Shown: in pieces, positions 39,849 through 51,579 of the stretch
Layout of the letters: each line of letters opens with the position of its first letter
How positions within the stretch are numbered: position 1 is the stretch's first letter
Origin: Camelus dromedarius
Taxonomy: Eukaryota
Direction of reading: 5' to 3'
Assembly: GCF_036321535.1 (NCBI RefSeq)
Contig: NC_087437.1
Span: forward strand, 104,720,001 to 104,784,000
DNA length: 64,000 nucleotides
The notes under the pieces: generated by a model
What the model was told of the DNA's origin: nothing
The model's input: the letters and a program-made list of their open reading frames with translations, nothing else
Databases searched by the model: none
Program-made: the position numbers and the translations under genes

Positions 39849-40979
39849 AAAACAAAAACAAAAACAAACAAACAAACAAAAACAAAGCGTAAATAAAGGA
39901 CGGAAATAGACTCACAGACAGAGAATACAGACTTGTGGTTACCAGGGGGGTGGAGGGTGGGAAGGGATAGACTGGGATTTCAAAATTGTAGAATAGACTA
40001 TACTGTATAGCACAGGGAAATATACACAAAATGTTATGATAACTCACAGAGAAAAAAATGTGACAATGAGTGTGTATAAGTCCATGAATAACTGAAAAAT
40101 TGTGCTGAACACTGGAATTTGACACAACATTGTAAAATGATTATAAATCAATAAAAAATGTTGAAAAAAAGTAATTTTTCTATGTCTTCATATATTAAAC
40201 TATCCGTTCCAATTTAGACTAGAAAGTATATAGTATTTTTTAATATTATTATTATTAATGTTTAAGGTAAACTAACATTTTGATAGAAGGACTTTGAAAC
40301 AAAACATACGAACACAGTACTAATTTTTGAAAGTGTATACATTACTTATATGTTATAAGAAATATATTTTAATAAATATATTCAGAATTTTAATGGGAAC
40401 TCTAGTGAGTTTAATGAATTTTATGAATCCTTTAAAAATGATTGGAATTTGACAATCTGTAGTAAAATATGATATGCTTAAAATGATTAACATCAAAAGG
40501 AGCTGGCTACAGAAAAATAACAAGGTCATTGGGCATCATTCATTTTCAAATATTTGATTTCAGCTGAATGGATGGATATGTCACTTTTGATTCTAATCAT
40601 GAAGTCCACCTGTCAAGGAAATATTTTTCAATACAGTATTTTGAATGAGGCTGGGCACAGAGCTTCCTCCTTGATTCTTCCTTCTCAGTAATCTATAGGG
40701 AGAATGGGTAGCTTGCTATTGTCTTCCCACGTTGGATAGCTGAAGAGTCCAAATTCCTATCACTGGATGAAAGAGATAAACCTAAAGGTACTGTATAGCA
40801 GAGATTGACTGCCCCATGATTAGTAATACAGAAGCTACCTTATAAATATGAATATATATATATCCCCACACCATCTTGTATAGTAAATAATCTTTGAAAA
40901 CTTACAGGAATGGTGTAACTCTATGAAAAATTTTATATGTGTATGTATGGAGATGAAAGGCAATATGCTTTTTTACCTT

Positions 40980-41110
40980 AATTCCATTCAGTCCATGTTT
41001 AGTCACTGTCCTAAAAGTGTGTGGTATGCTAGGCTCCGGAAAGCACATGGATGAAGAAGATACAACCCTGATTTGAGTAACTTAAGAGTCCAAAAATGGA
41101 AATAAGACCT
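40980..41110 (-). mobile_element. L2 3' end relic
   Basis: ccattcagtccatgtttagtcactg...tatgctaggctccgga resembles the antisense L2 tail. Confidence 0.4.
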
Positions 41111-41334
41111 GTGTTAATACAGAGAAAAAAAGTAACCAAGTCACTAGACTATGTGGTTTTCATTGTGCTGATTTCGTAACAGGATCTTCCTAGATTATCT
41201 CTGTAGTTACTTTTTAACGTTTACGTTTTATGGTATCATGGTCATAGAAGCCGGAAAACTGTTTTATTAATCCTGCAAGACTTAGAAAAAGTAATAATTT
41301 CTTGTTCATTTTATGTGGCAAACATAAATATCAA

Positions 41335-41453
41335 TCCCCAAAGCTGAAAAAAGTGAACAACAGCAAACAACAAAAAATTGTAGACCAATTTACGTATGCC
41401 AACAGTCATAAAGACTCTTAATAAAATAATGATAAATGAAAATATATAATATA
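41335..41453 (+). mobile_element. Ancient L1 ORF2 (RT N-terminal) fragment
   Basis: aaaattgtagaccaatttacgtatgccaacag...ctcttaataaaataat resembles DNA for NYRPISLMN...ILNKI. Confidence 0.45.
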
Positions 41454-41950
41454 CAGGCATAGTCCAGACGTACCTTGGAGCTAACGCAGTCGGTTCCAGA
41501 CCACCGCAATAAAGTGAATGTTGCAATAAAGTGAGTCATAGACATTTTTTGGTTCCCCAGTGGATATAATATAAGTTATGTTTACGCGAACTGTAGTCTA
41601 CTAAGTGTGCAACAGCATTAGGCTTAAAGAAACAGTGTACATATCTCACTTAAAAATACTTTATTGCCAAAAAGTACTAGTCATCATCTGAGCCTTCAGT
41701 AAGTCATCATTTTTTTGCTGGTGGAGGGTTTTGCCTCTTTGTTGATGGCTGCTGACTGATCAGGGTGGTGGTTGCTGAAGGTTGGGGTGGTTGTGACAAT
41801 TTCTTAAAATAAGACAGCAATGAACTGTGCCACATCAACTGACTCTTTCTTTCACAAATGATTTCTCTGTAGCATACACTGCTGTTTGATAGCATTTTAC
41901 CCACAGTGGGATTTCTTTCAAAATTAGAGTCAATTGTCTGAAACTCTCCC
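41454..41950 (-). mobile_element. Tigger1 DNA transposon terminal fragment
   Basis: cggttccagaccaccgcaataaag next to the TIR; ORF 41707-41904 GKMLSNS...[17 protein letters not shown]...PPPAK resembles the Tigger1/TIGD1 transposase C-terminus. Confidence 0.92.
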
Positions 41951-41959
41951 TTAAAATTA

Positions 41960-42270
41960 TTTTTCTTTCTCTAAGGTTGGTAGTAATGTTCTAATTTTAG
42001 TGATTTGAACCTTTTCCTTTTTGTCTTGATCAGTCTGGCTCAAACATGCCAGTGTTATTGCTCTTTACAAAGAAACATTTTTGTTTTTGTTGAATTTCTC
42101 TATTTTAATTTTATTATTATCTATTTCATAATTTTTGTGCTTATTTTTTATTAATTTTCCTTTGACATAGTTTGCTCTACTTTTTCTAGTGTCTTAAGGT
42201 GGCAGGGTATGTTATGGAGTTGAGATCTTCTTTTTAAATATAGTCATTTTCAGCGAGAAGGTACTTCTTA
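41960..42270 (-). mobile_element. Old L1 ORF2 fragment
   Basis: tcttgatcagtctggct...tttacaaagaaac...gttgaatttctctatt is antisense to the KSWFFEK/DKPLARL region. Confidence 0.65.
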
Positions 42271-42375
42271 ATGCATAATTCATGGTAAGATGGCTCAGGG
42301 CTCTTTTCAGTACTTCTACCACAGGACTTCTGCTTTTATATGACTTACAAATTGACATAGAAACAAGATAGGCTC

Positions 42376-42397
42376 TGTGTGTGTGTGTGTGTGTGTG
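42376..42397. repeat. (TG)11 microsatellite
   Basis: Directly visible. Confidence 0.95.
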
Positions 42398-44299
42398 AAG
42401 GATTTCAAACCAAATCCACAGAAAAAAATCTTAACAGAGAACGTTCACTGAAGCAGAAGACATATAAAAATAACAATAAATTGGAACTTAGTGAATCATA
42501 ATGCCACATAAAATGTGCAAATGGTGCCAGAGATTCTTTTACCTGTTTCAAATTTTGTCTCTGACACTTGACGGTAACTTTTAATGCAACTTAAAATTAT
42601 TGGAGACGCTTATGTAGCAACCCATGATTTTAAAACACACAAAGAAACAAATAATAGCTGCGAAATTCATGTTTCAAGAATATATCAAGTATGCACTACG
42701 CTTAGAACACAGTTTTATACATTTCTCCATCTTGTAAATTTCTTTTAACCTAATGTAATATAAAATAATATCCTAGACTCTGCTTTTTAGTGACATATAC
42801 TTCAGTGAGATTTGTGTACTTGCAGAGTGAGCTGGTAGAGAAAGGAAAAAAAAGCAGATACACTCTGATGGTCATTTAGCTGCCTGTCAGTTGTAAAACT
42901 ACATCAAGAAAAAATGTCAGAGAAAATCTGTCTAGCCTAGCTAAACATAATGCTTTATGCTCCTAATTCTAGTGGTAAATATTCCATCTGGAAAATTTGG
43001 AAAACCTAAAAAATTTAAGAAAGAAAATAAAGATTAATTATAATGTTTTGGTCAACAATAAATGATAACTTTTCTCAGACATCTACCTCTTTATTTCTAA
43101 ATTGGCATTATACAGCCATAAGATGTTTTAAAACATATGTTATTCACAGAAACATGCATTATGAAATAATTAAAAAATTTCTAGTAGTACAAAAAAAAAA
43201 AAAAACGTAATTCATGATGGAGGAGGTCTTCCTTCTATACTGTTGTTCTCGCCATAATGAATGTCAACATCCCTGGTGCAGGGGAAGAAAATCCTCCCTC
43301 TGCACCTCAGGGTATGTTTTTAAATTAAAAGAAAAGTAATCCCCATGAAAGAAGTGGGTGCCGCAACATTATACTTAACTTGAATCTAATATAGGTATGT
43401 TATTTTATTTAAGTGTCTATTAGAGCAAGGAAATTAACAGTTACTTACATTATAGTTGACACAGTTTTTAATTCATGGGTGTGCTTTCCATTTGTTTATT
43501 AAGTAACATTTCCAAGCAAGGTTTCCTAACACCAATGTTTTTCATTAATAATTTTTGTTGGAATAGTCATGGAGCAAGGTCAGATAAAAGTACATATAAT
43601 TAAGGATGAATAATCATTTCTCAAGCATAATAAAAAGGTTCAGTGAGCCAGTGTTTAAAAGGATTTTATGAAAAAGAGGAGGGGGAGAAATCACTAAATA
43701 TATCAGTATGTATAATCCATGTAGGGAGGAAACCATGAAGGATAATGACTTCCAGGGCTGGCATGTATTGGTTCTTAGGCTGTGCACTGTACAACCTAAG
43801 ACCAATTTTATAATTTGGCTTTCTTTTCCTATCCTATCTCATGAGGTTTGGGTCCCACTGCTATTCATTAATTTTCAATTCCACTGAAACAAGCCATGTT
43901 TTTTCAACTAGGTTCCATTCCATATCATGGAAGAAAAAAAGGGATGATTTTTTTTTTGTCTTGGTACAATGTTTATATCATCAGGAATCATAGTAATAGG
44001 GCAATTGCATTATGCTATATAATGATATTATTTGTCAGCACTTGAAAGAGATACATGACTAATGATGAAAGGCTTTTAAATAATGAGAAACTGATAGCAC
44101 AATCATTAGATCAAATTTTGTTAAAACTATCAGATGAATAACTTAATTTAGACCTCACCCTTTTCTCCAAAAATAGCCTGAATTAATAAAATATCACATG
44201 TACATTCAGCATGTTCCAGGGGAGGTCTATGCAGCACCAGGAAGAAGAGATAATTATGCATCAATATTTCAGGATTAAAAAAAATAATTTTGATTTCTG

Positions 44300-45040
44300 C
44301 TTTCCAGTACAGAAGTAAGTCACTTAAAAGTTGACATTTTATCCTAACAACAACTAAAAAAGCTAAATAAACTGAAAAATCAACAACTCTTTAGAGCATC
44401 AGAGAAATGAAATCAAGGACAAACCACTTCTCCAAAAATCGGAGGGACAGATAAATCTACCCAGAGAATCCAATTTACCAGAGCAGAAACGCGCAAACAA
44501 TAACCTCCTTAGGCATCGGGAGCATAGCAGGAAAACTTGAACAGTTATTGACAAATTGGGGGCTCAATGTGGACAAGCCCAGGGAACAGCAACTTCAAGG
44601 GAACTCAGTAACTGGGAAGTTTTACCTCCAGGAGCTCTATCTGGTTCTCACGGTGACTATCAGAGAAAAATCTCTTTGTGCTTCTGGCAGGGAGTGGGGA
44701 AATAAACACTTTGAGTAAGGCCAGTGTTCTATTCTGCTTATGAGACTTGGAGATACTGTCTTCCCAGAACTTAACTTACTTGGATTTTATCAGAGCCTAA
44801 CTGACCTAGGAAACGGGAAATAGCCAAATCTAGTCCATTCTAGCCAGCCTGTACCACCTACGGGAGTGAAAGAAGGAAAAAAAAAAGCCAAAAAGTATTT
44901 GTGACGTTCATAGCCTAACAACATAGGCTCAATAAAGACTGAGATCTATTCATAGAACTATGAATTGTTCCCCCGTCCCCAACGCATTATCACAGCAATA
45001 CAGATTAAGCTCAACCCCAATCCAAATTCCAGCAAGTTAC
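44300..45040 (+). mobile_element. Ancient L1 (L1MC-era) 5'UTR
   Basis: Shares blocks with 7820-8560: atcctaacaacaa...aaaaagct; tatcagagcctaa(c/t)tgacct. Confidence 0.7.
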
Positions 45041-45049
45041 TATTTTACT

Positions 45050-45790
45050 AAGATTTCATTTTTTTAGAACAGTTTTGAGTCACAGCAAAATTCAGGGAAA
45101 AATGCAGATACTTCCGATGTATCAACTGTCTCCACACATTCATAGCCTCCCCATTGTCAACATCACCCACCAGAGTGGTACAATTGTTAAAACTGATAAG
45201 CCTACATTGACATACTATAATCAAAGTCCCCACTTCATTTTAGGATTTATTCTTGGTGTTGTGTATTCTACATGTTTAGACAAACTTATAATGATATGTA
45301 TCCATTATTATGGTATCATACAAAGTTATTTACACTGCCCTGAAAATCCCCAGGGCTCTGCCTATTTAATCCTCCCCCAACATCACCTAAGAACCACTAA
45401 TCTTTTTACTGTCTCCATAGTGTTACCTTTTTCTGAATGTCACATAATTGGAACCACACATAATGTGTAGCCTTTACAGATTGTCTTCTTTCATTTACTA
45501 ATATGAATTTAAGTTTCTTCCATGTCTTTTCATTGTTTGATAGCTCATTTCTGTATAGCACTTAATAATATTCTATTGTCTGGATGTCCCACAGTTTATA
45601 TATCCGTTCATTCACCTATTGAAGAACATGTTAGCTGCTTCCAAGTTTTGACAATTTTTTAATATAGCTGCTATAAACATCTATGTACAGGTTTTTCTGT
45701 AGACATAAGTTCTCAATTTCTTTGGTAAATGCCAAGGAATATGATGGCTAGATCTTATGGTAAGAGCATGTTTAGTTTTGTAAGAAAAGT
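45050..45790 (-). mobile_element. L1MC1/L1MC2-type 3' end
   Basis: agaacagttttgagtcacagcaaaatt; cccaccagagtggtacaattgtt; homologous to 26590-27290. Confidence 0.88.
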
Positions 45791-45799
45791 TTTCTTTTA

Positions 45800-47318
45800 A
45801 GTTATGGAGAGACAAAGGCCCAGAACAGCCAACACAAAATTGAAATGGAAGAACAAAGTTGGACTGGCACTACTCTACTTCAAGTATTATTATAAACATG
45901 CAATAATCAAGACAGTGTATTGGCAAAAGAAAATGTAAAGAGATCAATGAAACAAAATGGAAAATCCAGAAATAGTTCCACATTGAATTAGTCAACTCCT
46001 CTTTGACAAAGGGTCAAAGGCAATAAATTGGATAGAAGATCATATGTTCTACAAATGGTACTGGAATGATTGACCATCCCCATGCAAAAAAAAAAATGAA
46101 TCAAGACATGGACTGTATGTCCTTCACAAAAATTAACTCACAATGGATCATAGACCTAAATGTAAATCACAAAAGTGTAAAACTCATAAATGATAACATA
46201 GAAGAAAATCTACATGACCTCTAGGGTTGGTGATCACACTTCAAATATGACTCTATATGTGAAATAACTGATGAGCTTAACTTGGCTAAAAATAAACACT
46301 TGTACTCTGCTAAAGACAATGCCAATGAATGAGAATGTAAGTCATAGATGAGAAAGTACTTGCAAAAGATACATCTGATATGGGACTATTACACAAATAT
46401 ATAGATAATCATAATTCAAGAGTAAGAAAATGAACAACCCAATTGAAAAGTGGGCCAAGGACCTTACAATACACTTCATCAAAGAAAATATACAAATGGC
46501 AAATAGGTCTCGGAAAAGTTGCTCAAAATCATAAGTCATTAGGGAATTGAAAGTTAAAATAACGATGAGATACCACTACACAGCTGTTAGAATTGTCAAA
46601 ATCCCAATCACTGGCAATTTCTGGCAAGGATATGGAGCAACAAGAACTCTCATTCATTCACTGCTGATGAGAATGTCAAATAGCACAGTCACTTTGGAAG
46701 ATATTTCGGTGGCATCTTACAAAAATGAACATACTCTTACCATACGGTGTGGCAATCACATTCCTTAGTGTTTATCCAAGTGACTTGGAAACATACGTTT
46801 ACACAGAAACTTGCACATAGATGTTTATCTGCAGCTTTATTCATATTTGCCAAAACTTGGAAGCAACTAAGATACCCTTCAATAGGTGAATTAATGGATA
46901 AATAAACTTTAGTGCATTCAGACAATGGAATGTTAGTGCTAAAAAGAAATGAGCTCTCAAGCCATAAAGACATGGAGGAAACAAATCCATATTACTAAGT
47001 GAAAAAAGCCAGTCTGAAAAGGCTACATACAGTTTGAGTCTAACTATATGACATTATGGAAAAGTATGGAGATGGTAAAGGATCAGTGGTAACCAGGCAT
47101 TAAGGAACCCTGATGTAAACTGTGGACTTTAGGTGATTATAATGTGTTAATGTAGGCTTATCAGTTGTAACAAATGTACCACTTTGGTGCAGGATGTGAT
47201 AGTGGAGGAGGCTGAACATCTGCCTGGGGGCTGAGGGAATATGGGAACTCTGTTAACGTCTGCTCAATTTTTCTGTGAACCTAAAACTTCTCTAAACAAT
47301 AAAATATATTCATAAAAA
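45800..47318 (+). mobile_element. L1MC-type ORF2 3' part and 3'UTR
   Basis: aataatcaagacagtgtattggcaaaag; ITMRYHYTAVRI; tail tctgtgaacctaaaacttctctaaacaataaa. Confidence 0.88.
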
Positions 47319-47379
47319 CAATCTGTGCCAGCACCATAAATATAGTAATTTAAAGAATGAAAGTGTATTATTTATAATA

Positions 47380-47416
47380 CACTGGAATTGTCACTGGAAT
47401 TTGTCGCTGGAATTTT
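47380..47416. repeat. Three imperfect 12-13 bp tandem units
   Basis: cactggaattgt cactggaatttgt cgctggaatttt. Confidence 0.75.
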
Positions 47417-48290
47417 CCTAGATTTGGGCTAATGACTGATGCCTACGTCATGATTTATTTTGGTTTTGTCCTGTGAGAACCCGTAGATATTAACAGAAGA
47501 GTCTTGTGGGAAGGGAGGAATATCAGGAACTAAATTACTTCAATTCATTCTTGACATTCCTCATTTCAACCTGGCAACACGCCAGCTCTCTCCATCATTC
47601 TGAGCCACTTGGTGGCAGTCAGGACTCTTCCACTCACGTAGACCCTGTAAGAAGGAAAGTAAGAGACATTTCCTAATGCCTGTGTATTTGCATCCTGTGT
47701 ATTCAGAGTCATCAAATTTAAGTATGACTATTTTTTAAACTGCAGATACCTAGTTTGAACAGTGTTTGGAGGATAGCTTTATAAAGGTGAGAGTATTTAT
47801 GTGGAGGTCATCTCTAGAGCAGACTAACTTTAAAATTTTTTTTAGTAATAATACCAAATCAACACTGGAGAAATACCCTAAGCACTGGAGGCACTTTAAC
47901 TCAATTATCTGTATGAATCTATCCAATACATTTTCTGTCATCATAGCTGTTGTATTTAGCATTTCTATTCTTCAATGTCACTTCTCATTAGTGCACTGGT
48001 TCTGTTACTGTCATTTGATGACTTCTCCATTGTCATTTTACTTCATTAACTGATTATTTTCTAATTGCTATTTTATGCCACTGTTTGATTCATCAGCTTT
48101 TAATGTTCCACTTAATTGACTTCTTTGTCTAAATGATGTGAGAGAAAATGTGGCTGAATTAATCTTTTAGCTTCTGATGTCTGATATAGTGAGAGCTAAT
48201 TTTGATTGTTCCATTTTCTAGATAGCAAAATTAAGGAAATGTATCTACAGTCTATTCAAACATCTTTCATTAAAAATATTCTTACATCTT

Positions 48291-48379
48291 GGGAGGTGGG
48301 TATAGCTCAGTGGTAGAATATGTGCTTAGTATGCACAGTCCTGAGTTCAATCCCCATTACCTCCATTAAAAATTAAAAA
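48291..48379 (+). mobile_element. Camelid tRNA-Ala-derived SINE (Vic-1 type, short)
   Basis: gggtatagctcagtggtagaatatgtgcttagtatgcacagtcctgagttcaatccccattacctccattaaaa with A and B boxes. Confidence 0.85.
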
Positions 48380-49484
48380 TTTTTTTTCTTCTCTTTGCCT
48401 TGTCCAATTTTTTTAAAGGTCAAATAGCTTTAAACACACCTAAATGTACAGTACATTCTTTTCTGATTTTAAAATTTATATTGTCTTTATTTTTTCTAAA
48501 ATATTTCCCTCGACAGGATTTTAAATCATAACTTAAATTGTGTTTTATATAATTTAGTAAAAAGTTTAAATTAGAAAACCGTGGGTCAAAGAAATTGGTG
48601 ATTAAAGAAAGATTGTGTTAGGGCCTTTATCAACCAACTTAGGGCTTACCAAGTAGTAATTTTAAGGAAGATTAAATAATAACCATACAAATTCTAAAGT
48701 TTAGTTTATTTTCCTGTTTAACATTTTCTTATTACAGTTCACACTGAGGAGAAGTTTAATGTGGCAAATAAGTGATAAAATTGAAATTCAAAGCAAGTTG
48801 TGCCAAACACAAACGTCTGAGTTCTATGTACTCTTAGATAATGAACGCGTGGGGTCAGAAATCAGGTGGTATGCACGGTGTTGGTAAAAGAGAAAGGCTG
48901 TTACTCTTCACTCCTTTGTGGTCATCTCTGATACCCTTATTGGCAAAGCCCTAGGAGATTCCAAAGCTTTTTCTTTGCAAAACATGAAACAGGGACTCCA
49001 AGTCAAAGCTGGGAGCTCAGTGCATTGGGTACTAACTCAGGCATATCAGGCACACCTTGTCTTGGGTTCTCATCACTTCCTCAGAAGACTACACGGCTCC
49101 AATTACCATATGATCCACAAAACTGTCTCACCTTGGGGGAATTTTTCATGTCTTACCTCTTAACCTCAGCAGCTTTCCCTCCTTCTTCTTGCTGTTGAGC
49201 ACATGTCTGCAATTAGCTCAGACTTCTAAATGCCTGAGGCAACTGTCAGAGAAAAGAGAATGATGGATAATTTGATTCAGTTTAAGCTGAAGAGAGGAAA
49301 ATACTATAATAAATTCTAATTATTTAATAAATGATTCTCTCATTTAAGAAAACAAGTAATTGCCATACAGTGTTATACATGCTATAGTGGGTAATTGTAC
49401 AGTGAGCACAGAAATCTTGAGATCAGTTTATTTGGGGAGAGGACATCATGACGTTTAGGCTAGAATTTTTTATTAAGACAATCT

Positions 49485-49572
49485 TAGAGTAGTTTAAGGT
49501 TCACCAGATAATTGAGGGAAGGTACAGAAATTTCTCTTATATTCCCAGCCCTCACACATACATATCCTCCCC
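49485..49572 (-). mobile_element. L1MC-type extreme 3' fragment
   Basis: agagtagtttaaggttcac...gaaggtacagaaatttctcttata...cacacatacatatcctcccc, homologous to 26605-26690. Confidence 0.7.
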
Positions 49573-50951
49573 GAAACTCGATTTTTAAGAATGAGTAGTA
49601 ATATATTTAGGCAAAAAATGAGAAGCTGTGCTCCTGAAAAATAAAAAGCCTGTGGCAGACATGTCAGTAGGACCCGTGGCACATTGCACAGGTTCTTGTT
49701 AGCGAAGCCAAAGAAATCTGAAGATTAGCAGTGGGAAGGTGGCTAAGAAATTGACAGCAGCCACTGGGTCATGAATGATCCTACCATGCATAGATATTAA
49801 GAATCATATTTGAGCATTATTTCCTCCCAACATGTAAAAATATTTAGAATGCTTTTGATAATTATGAGCAGTTCATTTTTTTTTTTTCAATTTAGGGACT
49901 CCAAGATGGCTGATATTCAGGAAGTACACGCTAGGAATGATGCTGTGCAAATTCAGGTATTCCAGTGTTGGATAACACAGCCCCTAACCTCAGAACACAC
50001 AATCCAATAAATTGAAAGAGAAGAGATGAGGAAATAATTCAATATAGCATGGATCAGAATATAACTTAGTCATGATTTTCAGACTAACTTTTGGAAACAA
50101 ATGTTTTAGGATATTTTTGTTTGTTTGCTTGTTTTTTCCTATGCCAAGTTGATCATAGCCCTTAAGGTCTAAGACTTTAAAAGAATATAAAGAAATTAGA
50201 ACCCTAAGTAGAAAAGAGGGGATTTTAAAGGAGACAGTCATTATTTAGATGTTTTTCAGAGAAAAACTTAACATCTCTTCAAGAAACATTTTCCTGTTGC
50301 ATAGCTAGTTAAAGAAGTGATAAGAGAGCACTACAGAATTGCCCTGAATATCCTTTCTCATATAGCAGAATCAAGTTTTCTTCTACCATGAATTATTCAG
50401 GAAATAAAATCAGGCTCATTGCCATCACTTAGAGCAATGAGAAATAGCAACTTAGTCACACAGATGGTTCAGTAACCTTCCTAATAAAGGTCATCTTCCA
50501 ATTCTGGATCCTTTTTTGGACCAACTCAACAAGAAAAAAAAAAAAAATTCACCCGGACAGTAAAATTCAAATAAAGAATTTTGTTAGGTCCTTCAGAATA
50601 TCTTTCAGGTTTAAGCCCAGACTGTCCTACTCACTACTGCCACTCTGACGGAGGCCTCCATTGCCTCACATATTGATTATTGAAACAGAGTTCCACGTTT
50701 TGCTTCAATGACTGGCCCTCCACACCACAAAATACCTTTCAAAGTAGATTTAGGCTAATATTCCTTAAACATCATACTGAAAACATCATTCGCTTATGTT
50801 CAAGAACCAAGAATGGAGTCTTTATTTGAAGTAAAATGTAGTGCCAAGTTTTAAAGATTTTTATATCCAGGTTCCATCCAGATTTGTTCTTTTTTTTTCT
50901 CCAAAATAAGTGCATGTTTCATCCAAGACGCACTTTACATTGCTATCTCTG

Positions 50952-51325
50952 TGCTATGGAGGGAATGTTTCTGTCCCCCGACAAATTCATATGTTGTAAT
51001 CCTACACCCCAATGTGATGGTGTTTAAAGATGGGGCCTTTGGAGGTAATTAGGTCATGAAGGTGGAGCCCTCATGAACAGGATTAGTGCCCTTTTGAGAA
51101 GAGATACGAGAGCTTTCTCTAGCTCTCTGATCTCAGCTGTGTGAGGATGCAATAAGAAGACTGCCATCTGCCAGCCAAGAAGCAGCCTCTCCCCCAGATA
51201 CCAGGTTGGCCAGTGCCTTGATCTTTCACTTCCCTGTCTCCAGAACTGCAGCAAATACATTTTTACTTTTAAGCCATCCAGTCTATGGTAATGTGTTATG
51301 GTTTCCTGGAATAAGAAGCAAGACT
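50952..51325 (+). mobile_element. MLT1A-type MaLR solo LTR
   Basis: tgctatgg...aaattcatatgttg...ggggcctttggaggtaattaggtcatga...ccttgatc...ctccagaactg...aagccatccagtctatggta. Confidence 0.9.
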
Positions 51326-51579
51326 GTGTATTTATCTGCTACATCCATTTGCTTATAAATTTTGCTAGCAGTGAATGTGCTTATTCTTCCCTCCTGTGAA
51401 ACTACATCCACTTCCACGCCCAACATTCTGCAGCGTTCTCTTAGCCCAAACCAAACAGATCTACTTCTTTGCTTAACCAGCATACATTTATCTTGAGAAG
51501 TTTAAAAAAAATTTTTTTTCTTAAATTCCTTAAAAATTAAAGGCCATACGTTTTAATGCTTTGAGTGACGGTTAGACTC

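Larger units (their letters stand above)
33076..40170 (+). mobile_element. Full-length young LINE-1 (~7.1 kb), ORF2 frameshifted
   Basis: Perfect 14-bp TSD aaaagtaatttttc at 33062-33075 and 40167-40180; TC/AAAA endonuclease-type site; 5'UTR, ORF1, spacer, ORF2, 3'UTR with AATAAA at 40150-40155. Confidence 0.98.

Noticed and set aside
41707..41904. TIGD1-like peptide as a domesticated gene
   Set aside because: Only the C-terminal scrap of a truncated Tigger1; no DNA-binding or DDE domain.
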